From a virus, in the IMG/VR virus record IMGVR_UViG_3300027652_000001, positions 1 to 59,081 of that record: a DNA stretch of 59,081 bases. One strand, written 5' to 3'. Shown one piece after another: positions 50,866 through 59,081 of the stretch (within the stretch, counting starts at the first letter, position 1; the number at the start of each line of letters is the position of its first letter). A model generated the notes under the pieces. It had not been told where the DNA came from and made no database searches. It saw only the letters and a program-made list of their open reading frames with translations. The position numbers and the translations under genes are program-made.

Positions 50866-53800
50866 GTGCCAAACTACAATAAGCAAAAACAGCGCCTGGC
50901 ATTCAAGGGCGTGAATCTCAACGCGGCAGTAGACGCGATCCCTCCCGATCAACTCGGCATCGCGACCAACGTGCGCCCGACCCAACAGGGAACCCTCGGC
51001 ACGCGACCCGCAATCGCGCCATTCATCACGCCAGTCGGAGCAGTCAATCCGATTCACAGCATAAAGACATTCTCGGCGTCTGGCGTCACGCGACGATTCA
51101 CTGGAGCGGTTGCCAATTTGTGGATGGACACCGCGCTTGTGGACACCGGCTACAGCGGCAATCCCCTGAGCTTCGCGGCCTACCAGCCGTCGCAAGCCGT
51201 CCAGCCGTTCCTCTACGTGGCTGACAGCGCGCGCTATCGGAAGTTTCGCGCATCGGACGGGGCAAAGTTCAACGTGGGGATAGTGCCGCCGCCCGGCCCA
51301 CCGGACGCGAATCTAATTCAGCCGCTCTACACATCTGTAAACGAGTTTGACAGCGCTCCTGGCTGGGGCGCGGGTGGCACGGCGGGCGCTCCCACGGCAG
51401 TCGATCGCGTTCCTGCGGGCACGACGGTTGCGGCGATTCTGTACGACGTGGGGTCCACCGGCTGGGCGTGCGTGGCCTTCGAGACCCCGTCGACGACTTG
51501 GCTGACGAAGGGCGCAAGCATTTACATTGAAAACGAACTGTCGAAGGTCTCCGACATGATTGCGCAGAGTTCGGATTCAACTACGACGATTGCGGCGATC
51601 CAATACGACACCGGGGCCAGCGGAGCGTGTTGTTTCACGCTCGCCAGTTCCACCGAGAACCTTTCGCGCGATACCTTCCTCCAGCTAGGCTCCGAGAACG
51701 TTCGGATCTTGTCGGTAGCAATCGGCGAGGACAACACGGTGAGCCTTCGATGCGTCACGGTCGGAACGCACGCGGCTGGCGAGGGCGTGACATTTTACAA
51801 CTGCGCGCGCATGTATCTGACGGTGAACCACTCGGTCGGCGCCGCCGTGCTCGGAAATTGTCTCACGTCTACCGTCACGGTCGGGCTGGGAACGCTGACC
51901 CTCCCGCTCGGCATGGTGCGCGATCTCTCGCAGATCAACGGGCGCCCGCTCACAACAGATGATTGGATGCACATCAGTTTGCTGTTCGACAACCTCGACA
52001 ACCTTTCGGACGTGCGCATTCTGCTCGACGTCGACAACACGACAAACGACTTCACCCATAATTTTTACTACGCAGACATCACGGCGAACGTTCTGCAGCA
52101 GGCATCGAGCGGCGCGGCGGCGGTCGTGACTGCCGGATCCACCGCTTTGCAGGCTACAGGCACCCAGGCGCAGCTGCAGGCGCTCTACGCGCAAGCAGAA
52201 GAGTACGCGGCGGCGGGAAACTACGTGGAAGCCGCTGCCCTCCAGAACACCATCTCGCAGTTGAATGCGCAGATTAACGCGCAGCTCGTCACTGGCGCAT
52301 CGCAGTGGTCGGAGATTTTCGTCCCGCTCTCGGCGCTGACTCGAGTCGGCAACGATCAGACGGTTGGGCTTTACAACGTCAAGGCGATTCAGATTCAGAT
52401 TGTCTGCACCGATACCATCAACATCTCGATCGACTCGTGGTGGTGTGGCGGGACCTATGGGCCGAACGCGCCGCAAGCCATCAATCCCGAGAATCCGATC
52501 AAGTACTGCTACCGCTATCGCTCTACGATCACCGGCGCGCAGAGCACGTGGAGCCCACTAACACGCGGGGGAATCTTCGCCGAGCGGCAGGGCATCGGAA
52601 TCACCGGGGCGGCATACAGCACTGACCCGCAAGTGGACACGATCGATTTCGCGCGGGTTGGCGCTAGCATCAATGGGACCCCTCAGTATTTGGCAAGCGT
52701 GGCGAACAACACGGCGGGCGGGTTTGCTACCTACGTGGACAATTTCCAAGATGCGGAGTTGGGCGACCAGATCATCCCAGGCGACAACCAGCCTTGGCCG
52801 GTCCAGCAACCCCCGATCATCGGAACGTGTTCCGTGGTAGGCACCACGGTTTTTGCGACGTCGGTGACAATCCCCACGAATCTCTGCCAAGGAACCAACG
52901 TTCTCATTAACGGCCAGGAGACCGTGATCCGCGGCTTGCCGGGCACCAACACGTTTCAGGTCGAGGACAATATCGACACAGCGAACGGCGTGAGCCTCCA
53001 GATTTGGAGCCCGACGACGTTCGGCAACCCACTCCCGTTTGAGGCTGGTCCGTTTGACGAATCTATCTTCGCGGCCGGCGACCCGGTGAATCCAGGCCGG
53101 GTCTATTTCGCCAACCGAACGAATCCGGACACCGCGGCGACATCCAACTTCGTGGATCTCACGAGCAGCGCCGAACCGATCTTAGGAATCTGCGTTTGGA
53201 ACGGGTACGTTGTCGCGATGACTGCCGAACAGTTCTTCATCGGAACCACGAGCGGCCAAGTCGGCAACCCCTACGCGTTTACCACGACCGGCGTCGGCTG
53301 CGGATTGCTTGCGCCGTGGGCCTTCACGACTGGACCGGGCATATTCTTCTGGACGCGCAATGGGATCGCCGTTACGGAACTCGGCCCCGCAACTCCGATC
53401 AGTTCCGCCGATCTCTATCCATACCTGCCGCACGAGGGCATTCCCGGACAAGCGGTGAACGGCTACCTCCCGCCGATGCTCAACGTCATGCCGCGGCTGG
53501 GCTACTGCAAAAACGGCTGGCTCTATTTCGACTTCGAGGATTCGGGCGGCAACCAGAAGACGCTCGCATTCGACACGACCAAGCCGGGATGGTGGTTTGA
53601 CTGCTACACGCCTGCCGTCATGCTGCACTACCAGGACGAAGCGGAGAACAGCAGCCTGGTGCTGTGCGGTTGCGCGGATGGCACCCTTGAGCAATTCTCG
53701 ACGGCGTCGGCCGACACCGGGGGGCCGATCACTTGCCAGGCGCGACTCGGTTCGCAGAACTACGGCGATCTGCGGTCACTCAAGCAGGTAATCGATCTTG

Positions 53801-54351
53801 CGCTGGAATTGGTCGGCACGGTGCAACTGACGGTCTACGCGAACTCGTGGACGGTTTCCGACTACACGTCTGCCGTGACCGGCACGGCGGGCACGCCGAT
53901 CATCCTGCCAATTGCCGCCGCTTACGACGCGACGAAACTGTATCTCGATTTCGCTGTGGATCTCACGTGGACCGGCGTCCAGCAAGTCATCGAGTTTGAT
54001 CTCGGTTATCTCCAGAATCCGATGCTCGCCGGGGATTTCGTTTCCAACCCGACGACGCTTCTGTTTGACGGATACGGCCACGTTCGCGAGGTAATTCTCA
54101 ACACCGTCTCGAAGGCGGCGCTCACAGCGAACCTTGTCATCAACGCGGAATTTCCCGGTACAATCACCGTTCTGCTGAACATCCCGCAAGGACCGTATCG
54201 GCAATACGTCCGGCTCCCGGCGAACAAGGGAATGCTGTACGAGTGGTCTTTGCAGGGTAGCGGTCTAGACTTCGGCCTGTTCGCCTGCGATCTGCACGTG
54301 AAAGGGTGGAGAGAATCGGCGTATCGGATTGCTGCGCCGTTCTCGGAATAA
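50866..54351 (+). CDS. Large tail structural protein (1161 aa)
   Basis: Largest ORF of the tail module. GTG start. No coiled-coil tape-measure character. Confidence 0.8.
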   Translation: MPNYNKQKQRLAFKGVNLNAAVDAIPPDQLGIATNVRPTQQGTLGTRPAIAPFITPVGAVNPIHSIKTFSASGVTRRFTGAVANLWMDTALVDTGYSGNPLSFAAYQPSQAVQPFLYVADSARYRKFRASDGAKFNVGIVPPPGPPDANLIQPLYTSVNEFDSAPGWGAGGTAGAPTAVDRVPAGTTVAAILYDVGSTGWACVAFETPSTTWLTKGASIYIENELSKVSDMIAQSSDSTTTIAAIQYDTGASGACCFTLASSTENLSRDTFLQLGSENVRILSVAIGEDNTVSLRCVTVGTHAAGEGVTFYNCARMYLTVNHSVGAAVLGNCLTSTVTVGLGTLTLPLGMVRDLSQINGRPLTTDDWMHISLLFDNLDNLSDVRILLDVDNTTNDFTHNFYYADITANVLQQASSGAAAVVTAGSTALQATGTQAQLQALYAQAEEYAAAGNYVEAAALQNTISQLNAQINAQLVTGASQWSEIFVPLSALTRVGNDQTVGLYNVKAIQIQIVCTDTINISIDSWWCGGTYGPNAPQAINPENPIKYCYRYRSTITGAQSTWSPLTRGGIFAERQGIGITGAAYSTDPQVDTIDFARVGASINGTPQYLASVANNTAGGFATYVDNFQDAELGDQIIPGDNQPWPVQQPPIIGTCSVVGTTVFATSVTIPTNLCQGTNVLINGQETVIRGLPGTNTFQVEDNIDTANGVSLQIWSPTTFGNPLPFEAGPFDESIFAAGDPVNPGRVYFANRTNPDTAATSNFVDLTSSAEPILGICVWNGYVVAMTAEQFFIGTTSGQVGNPYAFTTTGVGCGLLAPWAFTTGPGIFFWTRNGIAVTELGPATPISSADLYPYLPHEGIPGQAVNGYLPPMLNVMPRLGYCKNGWLYFDFEDSGGNQKTLAFDTTKPGWWFDCYTPAVMLHYQDEAENSSLVLCGCADGTLEQFSTASADTGGPITCQARLGSQNYGDLRSLKQVIDLALELVGTVQLTVYANSWTVSDYTSAVTGTAGTPIILPIAAAYDATKLYLDFAVDLTWTGVQQVIEFDLGYLQNPMLAGDFVSNPTTLLFDGYGHVREVILNTVSKAALTANLVINAEFPGTITVLLNIPQGPYRQYVRLPANKGMLYEWSLQGSGLDFGLFACDLHVKGWRESAYRIAAPFSE

Positions 54352-54352
54352 C

Positions 54353-54676
54353 ATGCAGGCCGACGAGCAGTTCGTTAAAGACACCCTTGCGAGCCTCGCC
54401 ACACGTCAACGCAAGAAACTGAAGATCGCACACGTGCTGCACGACGCGACCGGATTTTACATGCTCGATATCGATATCTCGGCTCCGACCCTCGCGGAAC
54501 TCCAGGAGTGCATGCTCGTCGCGCTGGAAGCGATCCCTGCTGACTCGATCATGAAACCGGCGCCAGAAGCTCGCTGGCGTGAATTCTTGGACGGCGGGTT
54601 CGTGGAAAGCAAACTCGTCTCCACCCCGCTTGGCCGGCGCGGCATCATTGGCATCTTCGTGCGGAGCGTTCTGTGA
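54353..54676 (+). CDS. Hypothetical protein (107 aa)
   Basis: ATG lies 2 nt after the upstream stop. Confidence 0.7.
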   Translation: MQADEQFVKDTLASLATRQRKKLKIAHVLHDATGFYMLDIDISAPTLAELQECMLVALEAIPADSIMKPAPEARWREFLDGGFVESKLVSTPLGRRGIIGIFVRSVL

Positions 54677-56799
54677 GCGGCTACGTCTTCACGCCGCATC
54701 CGGTCCCGAACCCGGAATGGTTCGAGACTTACGCCGACGACGGGTTCTTTGTAGCGGTCCCCAACACAACACTGCGCTATTTCATCGCACAAGCCGAGGT
54801 CGGGGTCGATGAAGACACCGGTAATCTGATGATCTGGAAGTCTGCCGATTCCGGCGTGACTTGGACACAGATCGTCAACAGTTCGGACTATTCGGCAACG
54901 AACCTGCCGGCTGTTGCGCTCGTCGGAAGCATCATTTACATCGTACTTTTCGACACCGATATATCGCCCAGCAACACGTGGGGAATGTATCGATTTCAGA
55001 CTGGATCGGACACGTTCCTGACGGACGATTACGCGGGGCCGACCGACGCAGGTGGCAATTCCCGTACCCCACAACTGGTTCCTTGGATGGACGGCTCGCT
55101 CCTGTTCATCTACGGTGTAGGAAAGGCATCGATCTGGACCGCGCCCGGTTCCTGGGGCACTCCGTTCACTTTGAACAATGCTGGGGGCGACCCGTTTCCA
55201 CTGTGGGCGCTGCGTGAAACTACAACCGACCGAGTTCATGCCTTCTATTTCGATGGAAGCACGACGCTCGATCACGTCTCGGTAGACAAGCCAAATACGG
55301 TCAACACGCTCCAGACATTGGTAACAAACGCAGGTTATTTTCCCACTCAGCAGCAGTACGTCGGCATGCCGTCGATGTTCGACGCCTTCAGCCAGATCAT
55401 CTTGCCCTACTTAGATCTGACCGATGGACTCCTACACGTCCAGCGGGGCATGCAAGCCGACAATCCGACATGGACGGATGAGGTGATCGATACCAGCGCG
55501 TTGACGGCGGCTGGTTATCAGATCGGCTGTCAACTCCCGGTCGGGTTCTTCATCACCGGCTACTACTTCCCCGCAGCAGCGGTCCAGATCGGATCTACGC
55601 TGTACATGATCTTCTGCGTAAACAACGGAGGAAATTCAACCACCGTCCAGGGTTTGCTCTGCGAGTCGCACACCACGGCGGGTAGCAATGGGTGGAGCAC
55701 ACCCACCGTGATCATGCAGCCCCCAGGCCCGACCTTCTTCCTGAGCCCCTTTCCTCAGGCGATCTCGGCGACGAAGTTCGGTCTGATGACTGCAAATATA
55801 CTTGCACCCCTCGCGGTCGCCGGTAGTCCAGACCCCTACGCAGTAGCGATCACAACTTCTGTCACGCTGGCGGGCACTCCGGACTTTATCCTCCCGCCAG
55901 ATAACTCGATTATTCAGCACGCGGGCACAGGGACCACGTTAACCGGTACCGTCGATACAACGTTGTCGAATGACCTGACTGCAAATCTGTTCTTGAATGG
56001 GACACAGGTCGCGACGATCACAATACCGCATACAACCGGAATGGGCGACACGGTCACCGTGGATATCAGCGCGATCTCGTTCGTGGTGGGCGACGTGGTT
56101 TCGTGGACGCTCTCGGGGTCCGGTAGCGGGTCGGCAACCTTCGTCGCAAACTACGAGAGTCCGACGCCCAGTCTGCCACCGAGCCTCAAGTACCAATCGC
56201 TCACGATGTGGTACTTCGAGCCGGGAACCGAACCGCTCTCGCTCACCTGCCCGACTGGCACCGCTCAGGTGGGCGTGCCCTACAGTTCATCTTTCACCGC
56301 GACGGGCGGGACACCTCCGTACACCTTTGCCATCATCGCTGGCGCACTCCCACCGGGGCTAACTCTCAACACCAGTACCGGACTCGTCAGCGGAACGCCA
56401 ACTGCATTCTCAATCTATTCCTACACCGGGCAGGTAACCGATTCGCTGGGAGCAACGCAGCAGACCACGTGCTCGATCATTGTTTCACCACCGCCGCTCA
56501 TGCTTGCTTGTCCCTCCAGCACGTCCGCTGTGGGTACGCCGTACTCCAGCGCTCTGATCGCCACCGGAGGCCAGCCACCGTACACCTTCGCAATAATCGC
56601 CGGTTCGCTGCCTCCCGGCCTCGCCTTGAACACCAGTACAGGCGTCATATCAGGCATCCCCACGTCCAACGGAAATTACCCGTACACCGCACAGGTCACC
56701 GACTCGGCGGCGAACACCGCGACGGCGATGTGCTCGTTCTCGGTCGCCAACTGCGGGCCAACCGGGCTGACGCTGGGCCAGTCCACGCCGATACGGTAG
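54673..56799 (+). CDS. Tail spike or fibre (708 aa) with a BNR/Asp-box beta-propeller-like N-terminal part and two tandem He_PIG-type Ig domains
   Basis: Asp-box SADSGVTW (54841-54870). Two copies of PPYTFAIIAG.LPPGL.LNTSTG..SG.PT. Confidence 0.7.
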   Translation: MSGYVFTPHPVPNPEWFETYADDGFFVAVPNTTLRYFIAQAEVGVDEDTGNLMIWKSADSGVTWTQIVNSSDYSATNLPAVALVGSIIYIVLFDTDISPSNTWGMYRFQTGSDTFLTDDYAGPTDAGGNSRTPQLVPWMDGSLLFIYGVGKASIWTAPGSWGTPFTLNNAGGDPFPLWALRETTTDRVHAFYFDGSTTLDHVSVDKPNTVNTLQTLVTNAGYFPTQQQYVGMPSMFDAFSQIILPYLDLTDGLLHVQRGMQADNPTWTDEVIDTSALTAAGYQIGCQLPVGFFITGYYFPAAAVQIGSTLYMIFCVNNGGNSTTVQGLLCESHTTAGSNGWSTPTVIMQPPGPTFFLSPFPQAISATKFGLMTANILAPLAVAGSPDPYAVAITTSVTLAGTPDFILPPDNSIIQHAGTGTTLTGTVDTTLSNDLTANLFLNGTQVATITIPHTTGMGDTVTVDISAISFVVGDVVSWTLSGSGSGSATFVANYESPTPSLPPSLKYQSLTMWYFEPGTEPLSLTCPTGTAQVGVPYSSSFTATGGTPPYTFAIIAGALPPGLTLNTSTGLVSGTPTAFSIYSYTGQVTDSLGATQQTTCSIIVSPPPLMLACPSSTSAVGTPYSSALIATGGQPPYTFAIIAGSLPPGLALNTSTGVISGIPTSNGNYPYTAQVTDSAANTATAMCSFSVANCGPTGLTLGQSTPIR
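56235..56757 (+). repeat. Two tandem ~87-aa coding repeats (putative Ig / He_PIG domains)
   Basis: LSLTCPTGTAQVGVPYSSSFTATGGTPPYTFAIIAGALPPGLTLNTSTGLVSGTPT aligns with LMLACPSSTSAVGTPYSSALIATGGQPPYTFAIIAGSLPPGLALNTSTGVISGIPT. Confidence 0.8.
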
Positions 56800-56807
56800 C
56801 CTGAAGC

Positions 56808-57338
56808 ATGCCCGCATCGCTCGGTAGCCGCACATTCCTAGGGCAACCGGGGCTGCACCCCGACGTCATCCGGCGCCTGGACGGGATATTTAAATCGCTG
56901 TCCAACCAGGACACGGCGATCGCAGCGGTCAAGGCGGGCGCGGTGACTCCGGCACAGTCGAGAGCTATCGCCAACCAAGCCGTCGCATCGGTGCTCGCCT
57001 CGCAGAACCAGCAAAACAACCAGAACACTGGCGCGCCAGTCACCATTCTGTTCACCGATGGCCCACTCAACCCCATCGGCGGCACGTTCGTAATCGCCAA
57101 GGCTGGAGTGTTCGCCGCTACCCTAGTCGCGCCTCAGACGGCCAATGGAGCGTTTCTCCGCGTATCCTCCAGTGGCAATTTTTCTCACACGATTACAACC
57201 GCAAACCTCTTGCTCGCCGGTGCGGCTGGCAACAGCGTTGCGACCTTCCCGCCGCACGCCGGAGCTGGCTTGACGCTCATGGCATTCAACGGTGTTTGGC
57301 TGGTCCAAGCCATCGTCGGCGCGGTCGTCTTCATGTAA
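56808..57338 (+). CDS. Hypothetical tail protein (176 aa)
   Basis: ORF in the tail module. Confidence 0.75.
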   Translation: MPASLGSRTFLGQPGLHPDVIRRLDGIFKSLSNQDTAIAAVKAGAVTPAQSRAIANQAVASVLASQNQQNNQNTGAPVTILFTDGPLNPIGGTFVIAKAGVFAATLVAPQTANGAFLRVSSSGNFSHTITTANLLLAGAAGNSVATFPPHAGAGLTLMAFNGVWLVQAIVGAVVFM

Positions 57339-57357
57339 AAGGTGTAAAATAAGGCGC

Positions 57358-57729
57358 ATGCAGACGCAGAACCCGGTTTTCAACACTCCGTTTAGATCGT
57401 CGTATCTTGCGGTCAGCATCCAAGTCACCACGACTCCCCAACTCCTCAGCACCGTTATCGAGACGATGCTTGGCCGACCTGTAGGGACGCTGGCTAAAAT
57501 CTGGCGTGAGATTCAATGGCAGGTGGACCCCGAGACCAGCCCTGGCCTTACAGTCCGTTTGGGAAATGGAAACTTGGGGAATACGCTCAATGGAGTAGTC
57601 CAGAAGGGCATCTCGCTCGTGGGCCAGTCCGATACCTCGCGGGCTCCGATGGACAACGTTGACATCTCTCTCATGTGGGTTCAAGCGGTCAGCGGGACTC
57701 CGGTGATGAACTTGCAGTTCTGGTCGTAA
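57358..57729 (+). CDS. Hypothetical tail protein (123 aa)
   Basis: ATG 57358 is preferred to the ORF-track start at 57292, which overlaps the upstream gene. Confidence 0.7.
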   Translation: MQTQNPVFNTPFRSSYLAVSIQVTTTPQLLSTVIETMLGRPVGTLAKIWREIQWQVDPETSPGLTVRLGNGNLGNTLNGVVQKGISLVGQSDTSRAPMDNVDISLMWVQAVSGTPVMNLQFWS

Positions 57730-57732
57730 ATT

Positions 57733-58308
57733 ATGGCCTCCTACGGAAACCCACTGTCGGGCACGATTCAAGCCCCTCCCGGCACCGGCGGAAATTCTAT
57801 GACAAATTTCCTCCAGTCGCTCACCGGAGTCTTGTCAAAGGGCGGCCAAGCGACGTTCGGGCTCGGCCAGGACGCATACCAGCAGGGCATCCAAGACTAC
57901 GGGCCGGCGCTCAGCTACTGGAACGACATCCTGAGCGGCAACAAATCTCAGATGGAATCTGCGATCGCGCCAGAGAAATCGGACATCCTCTCGCAGTACC
58001 GTGCGCGGCGCCGGAGCATGGCCGCGTCTTCGCCGCGGTCTGGTGGCACGAACGAAGCGGTCGCCAATTCTGAGTTTGCGGAGGCCGGCGACGTGGCTAG
58101 CTTGCTCCAGAAGTTGCGCCCGCAGGCCGCGAAAGAGAGCGCGGGGATCGCCGGGCAGATCGGACAGTTGGGCTTGTCCGAATCGCAACTGGGCAACGAT
58201 CAGTTGTTCCAATCGTTCGCCGGGGCCTTGCAGCAGCGCGGCCAGAACATTCAGCAGCAGCAGATGGAGTACCAGTTGACCGACACGCTAATTTCCGCTT
58301 TGATCTAG
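57733..58308 (+). CDS. Hypothetical virion protein (191 aa, Gln-rich)
   Basis: ORF. Confidence 0.75.
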   Translation: MASYGNPLSGTIQAPPGTGGNSMTNFLQSLTGVLSKGGQATFGLGQDAYQQGIQDYGPALSYWNDILSGNKSQMESAIAPEKSDILSQYRARRRSMAASSPRSGGTNEAVANSEFAEAGDVASLLQKLRPQAAKESAGIAGQIGQLGLSESQLGNDQLFQSFAGALQQRGQNIQQQQMEYQLTDTLISALI

Positions 58309-58315
58309 GAGGCCC

Positions 58316-58561
58316 ATGGGATTGCTCACGAGCATGGCGGGCGGGGGTGATGATTCGGGGCTCGGAGGGCAACTCCTCAAGTCTTTGAAGAAGAAACGCA
58401 AGCAGGAGACCAAGCCCAGCGATCAAACCTCGGGCGACGTGCAGGACTCATACCACAAGGGCGGGCGCGTTCGCAGGACAGGGCCAGCGCGACTCAAGAA
58501 GGGCGAGCAGGTTCTCACAAAGAAACAGGCAAAGCGCTACCGGAAGACGCGGGGCAAATGA
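58316..58561 (+). CDS. Small basic protein (81 aa)
   Basis: aggaggcccATG SD. Its MGLLT N-terminus is shared with the next large ORF. Confidence 0.7.
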   Translation: MGLLTSMAGGGDDSGLGGQLLKSLKKKRKQETKPSDQTSGDVQDSYHKGGRVRRTGPARLKKGEQVLTKKQAKRYRKTRGK

Positions 58562-58713
58562 GGGATCATTGGGTCTCAGGTACGGACTTCTTTGCTTACG
58601 TTTCGCGGTTCCCAAAGAGGGTCCCACGAATTCGCGGGTATCATCCCAGGATGGATTTGCTCTCAGTGGGTTGGCGCGCTTATTGTCGGATTACGGGTAA
58701 ATGGGACTCTTAA
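58558..58713 (+). CDS. Possible small ORF (51 aa)
   Basis: ATGA overlap with the upstream stop. Overlaps the next start by 13 nt. Composition is unremarkable. Confidence 0.3.
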   Translation: MRDHWVSGTDFFAYVSRFPKRVPRIRGYHPRMDLLSVGWRAYCRITGKWDS

Positions 58714-59081
58714 CGAATCTGATCGACGCCGAACTGACCAAGAAGCGCGATGAGCGCGTGGCAAAGCTCAACGCCTACGCCTCGATGCTGGGCATGCCCG
58801 ACGACAAGGTTGCGCCCGAGAAGAAAAACCAGTACCTTCAGTTGCTCACCGGCGAGGCTCCGAAGGGCGGCAAGGACCTGCTGCAGCTCATGGGCCCGCA
58901 CCTGCTGAAGATGGGCGGTAAATCGAAAACCGAACAAACCGCGCAAAAGGCGCAGGAGTCACCCGGCGATGCGGATCTCGTCAGCCCCGATCCGAACGCG
59001 CCAAAGAAGCCCGCGGCGTCCGAAGGTTCCGGCGGCCCATTCCGCTCGACTGAAGAGCAGGAGGCGATGCGCGACCGCGAG
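58701..59081 (+). CDS. N-terminal part of the junction-spanning 571-aa ORF (continues at nt 100 / nt 1)
   Basis: ATG 58701 is preceded by an in-frame TAA. The frame stays open to the window end and is in frame with 85-1434 after removing the 99-bp overlap. Confidence 0.8.
   Translation, partial: MGLLTNLIDAELTKKRDERVAKLNAYASMLGMPDDKVAPEKKNQYLQLLTGEAPKGGKDLLQLMGPHLLKMGGKSKTEQTAQKAQESPGDADLVSPDPNAPKKPAASEGSGGPFRSTEEQEAMRDRE
58983..59081. repeat. Right copy of the exact 99-bp terminal direct repeat
   Basis: Identical to 1-99. Confidence 0.95.

Noticed and set aside
50866-54351. Tape-measure protein, which would imply a sipho- or myovirus tail
   Set aside because: The 1161-aa protein is beta-rich with Gly/Thr/Asn and has no long Ala/Leu/Glu/Lys coiled-coil character. 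No tail tube, sheath or assembly-chaperone frameshift pair was found nearby.

Overview
The window is a complete, GC-rich replicon of about 58,982 bp. Its two ends carry an exact 99-bp overlap (1-99 is identical to 58983-59081), so it is either circular or terminally redundant. One ORF reads in frame across that junction. Gene content is that of a tailed phage, probably podovirus-like because no tape-measure, sheath or tube gene is recognisable; a phage-plasmid lifestyle is also possible. Modules are as follows. (i) A plus-strand packaging, head and tail block runs from about 34.6 kb through the junction to 3.6 kb. It holds an HNH endonuclease, large terminase, portal, scaffold, a free-standing LAGLIDADG endonuclease, major capsid, large tail proteins and a Cas4-like nuclease. 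(ii) Two minus-strand early operons span 3.4-16.4 kb and 16.9-19.0 kb. They encode recombination and replication functions (ERF annealing protein, YqaJ exonuclease, DEDDh exonuclease, RuvC-like resolvase, winged-helix initiator-like protein). They also carry a small serine recombinase, two orphan DNA methyltransferases (N6A/N4C and C5), RHH and wHTH regulators, and a TPR-glycosyltransferase plus TylF-like methyltransferase pair. (iii) A 15-kb accessory block at 19.2-34.6 kb encodes seven proteins with Sec-type or lipoprotein-like signal peptides. These include tail-fibre-like proteins, a 2305-aa giant with five tandem Ig-type repeats, a papain-like peptidase and a SleB-like endolysin. An XRE regulator flanks part of this block at a back-to-back divergent promoter. 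Three non-coding regions stand out: a repeat-rich gap of about 520 bp with divergent promoters (16.36-16.89 kb), a promoter-terminator-structured-RNA unit upstream of the head genes (42.2-42.6 kb), and a 238-bp highly structured intergenic element (50.63-50.87 kb). No tRNA, rRNA, CRISPR array, reverse transcriptase or tyrosine/large-serine integrase was found. All functional calls rest on motifs read by eye in the translations. None has been checked against a database.
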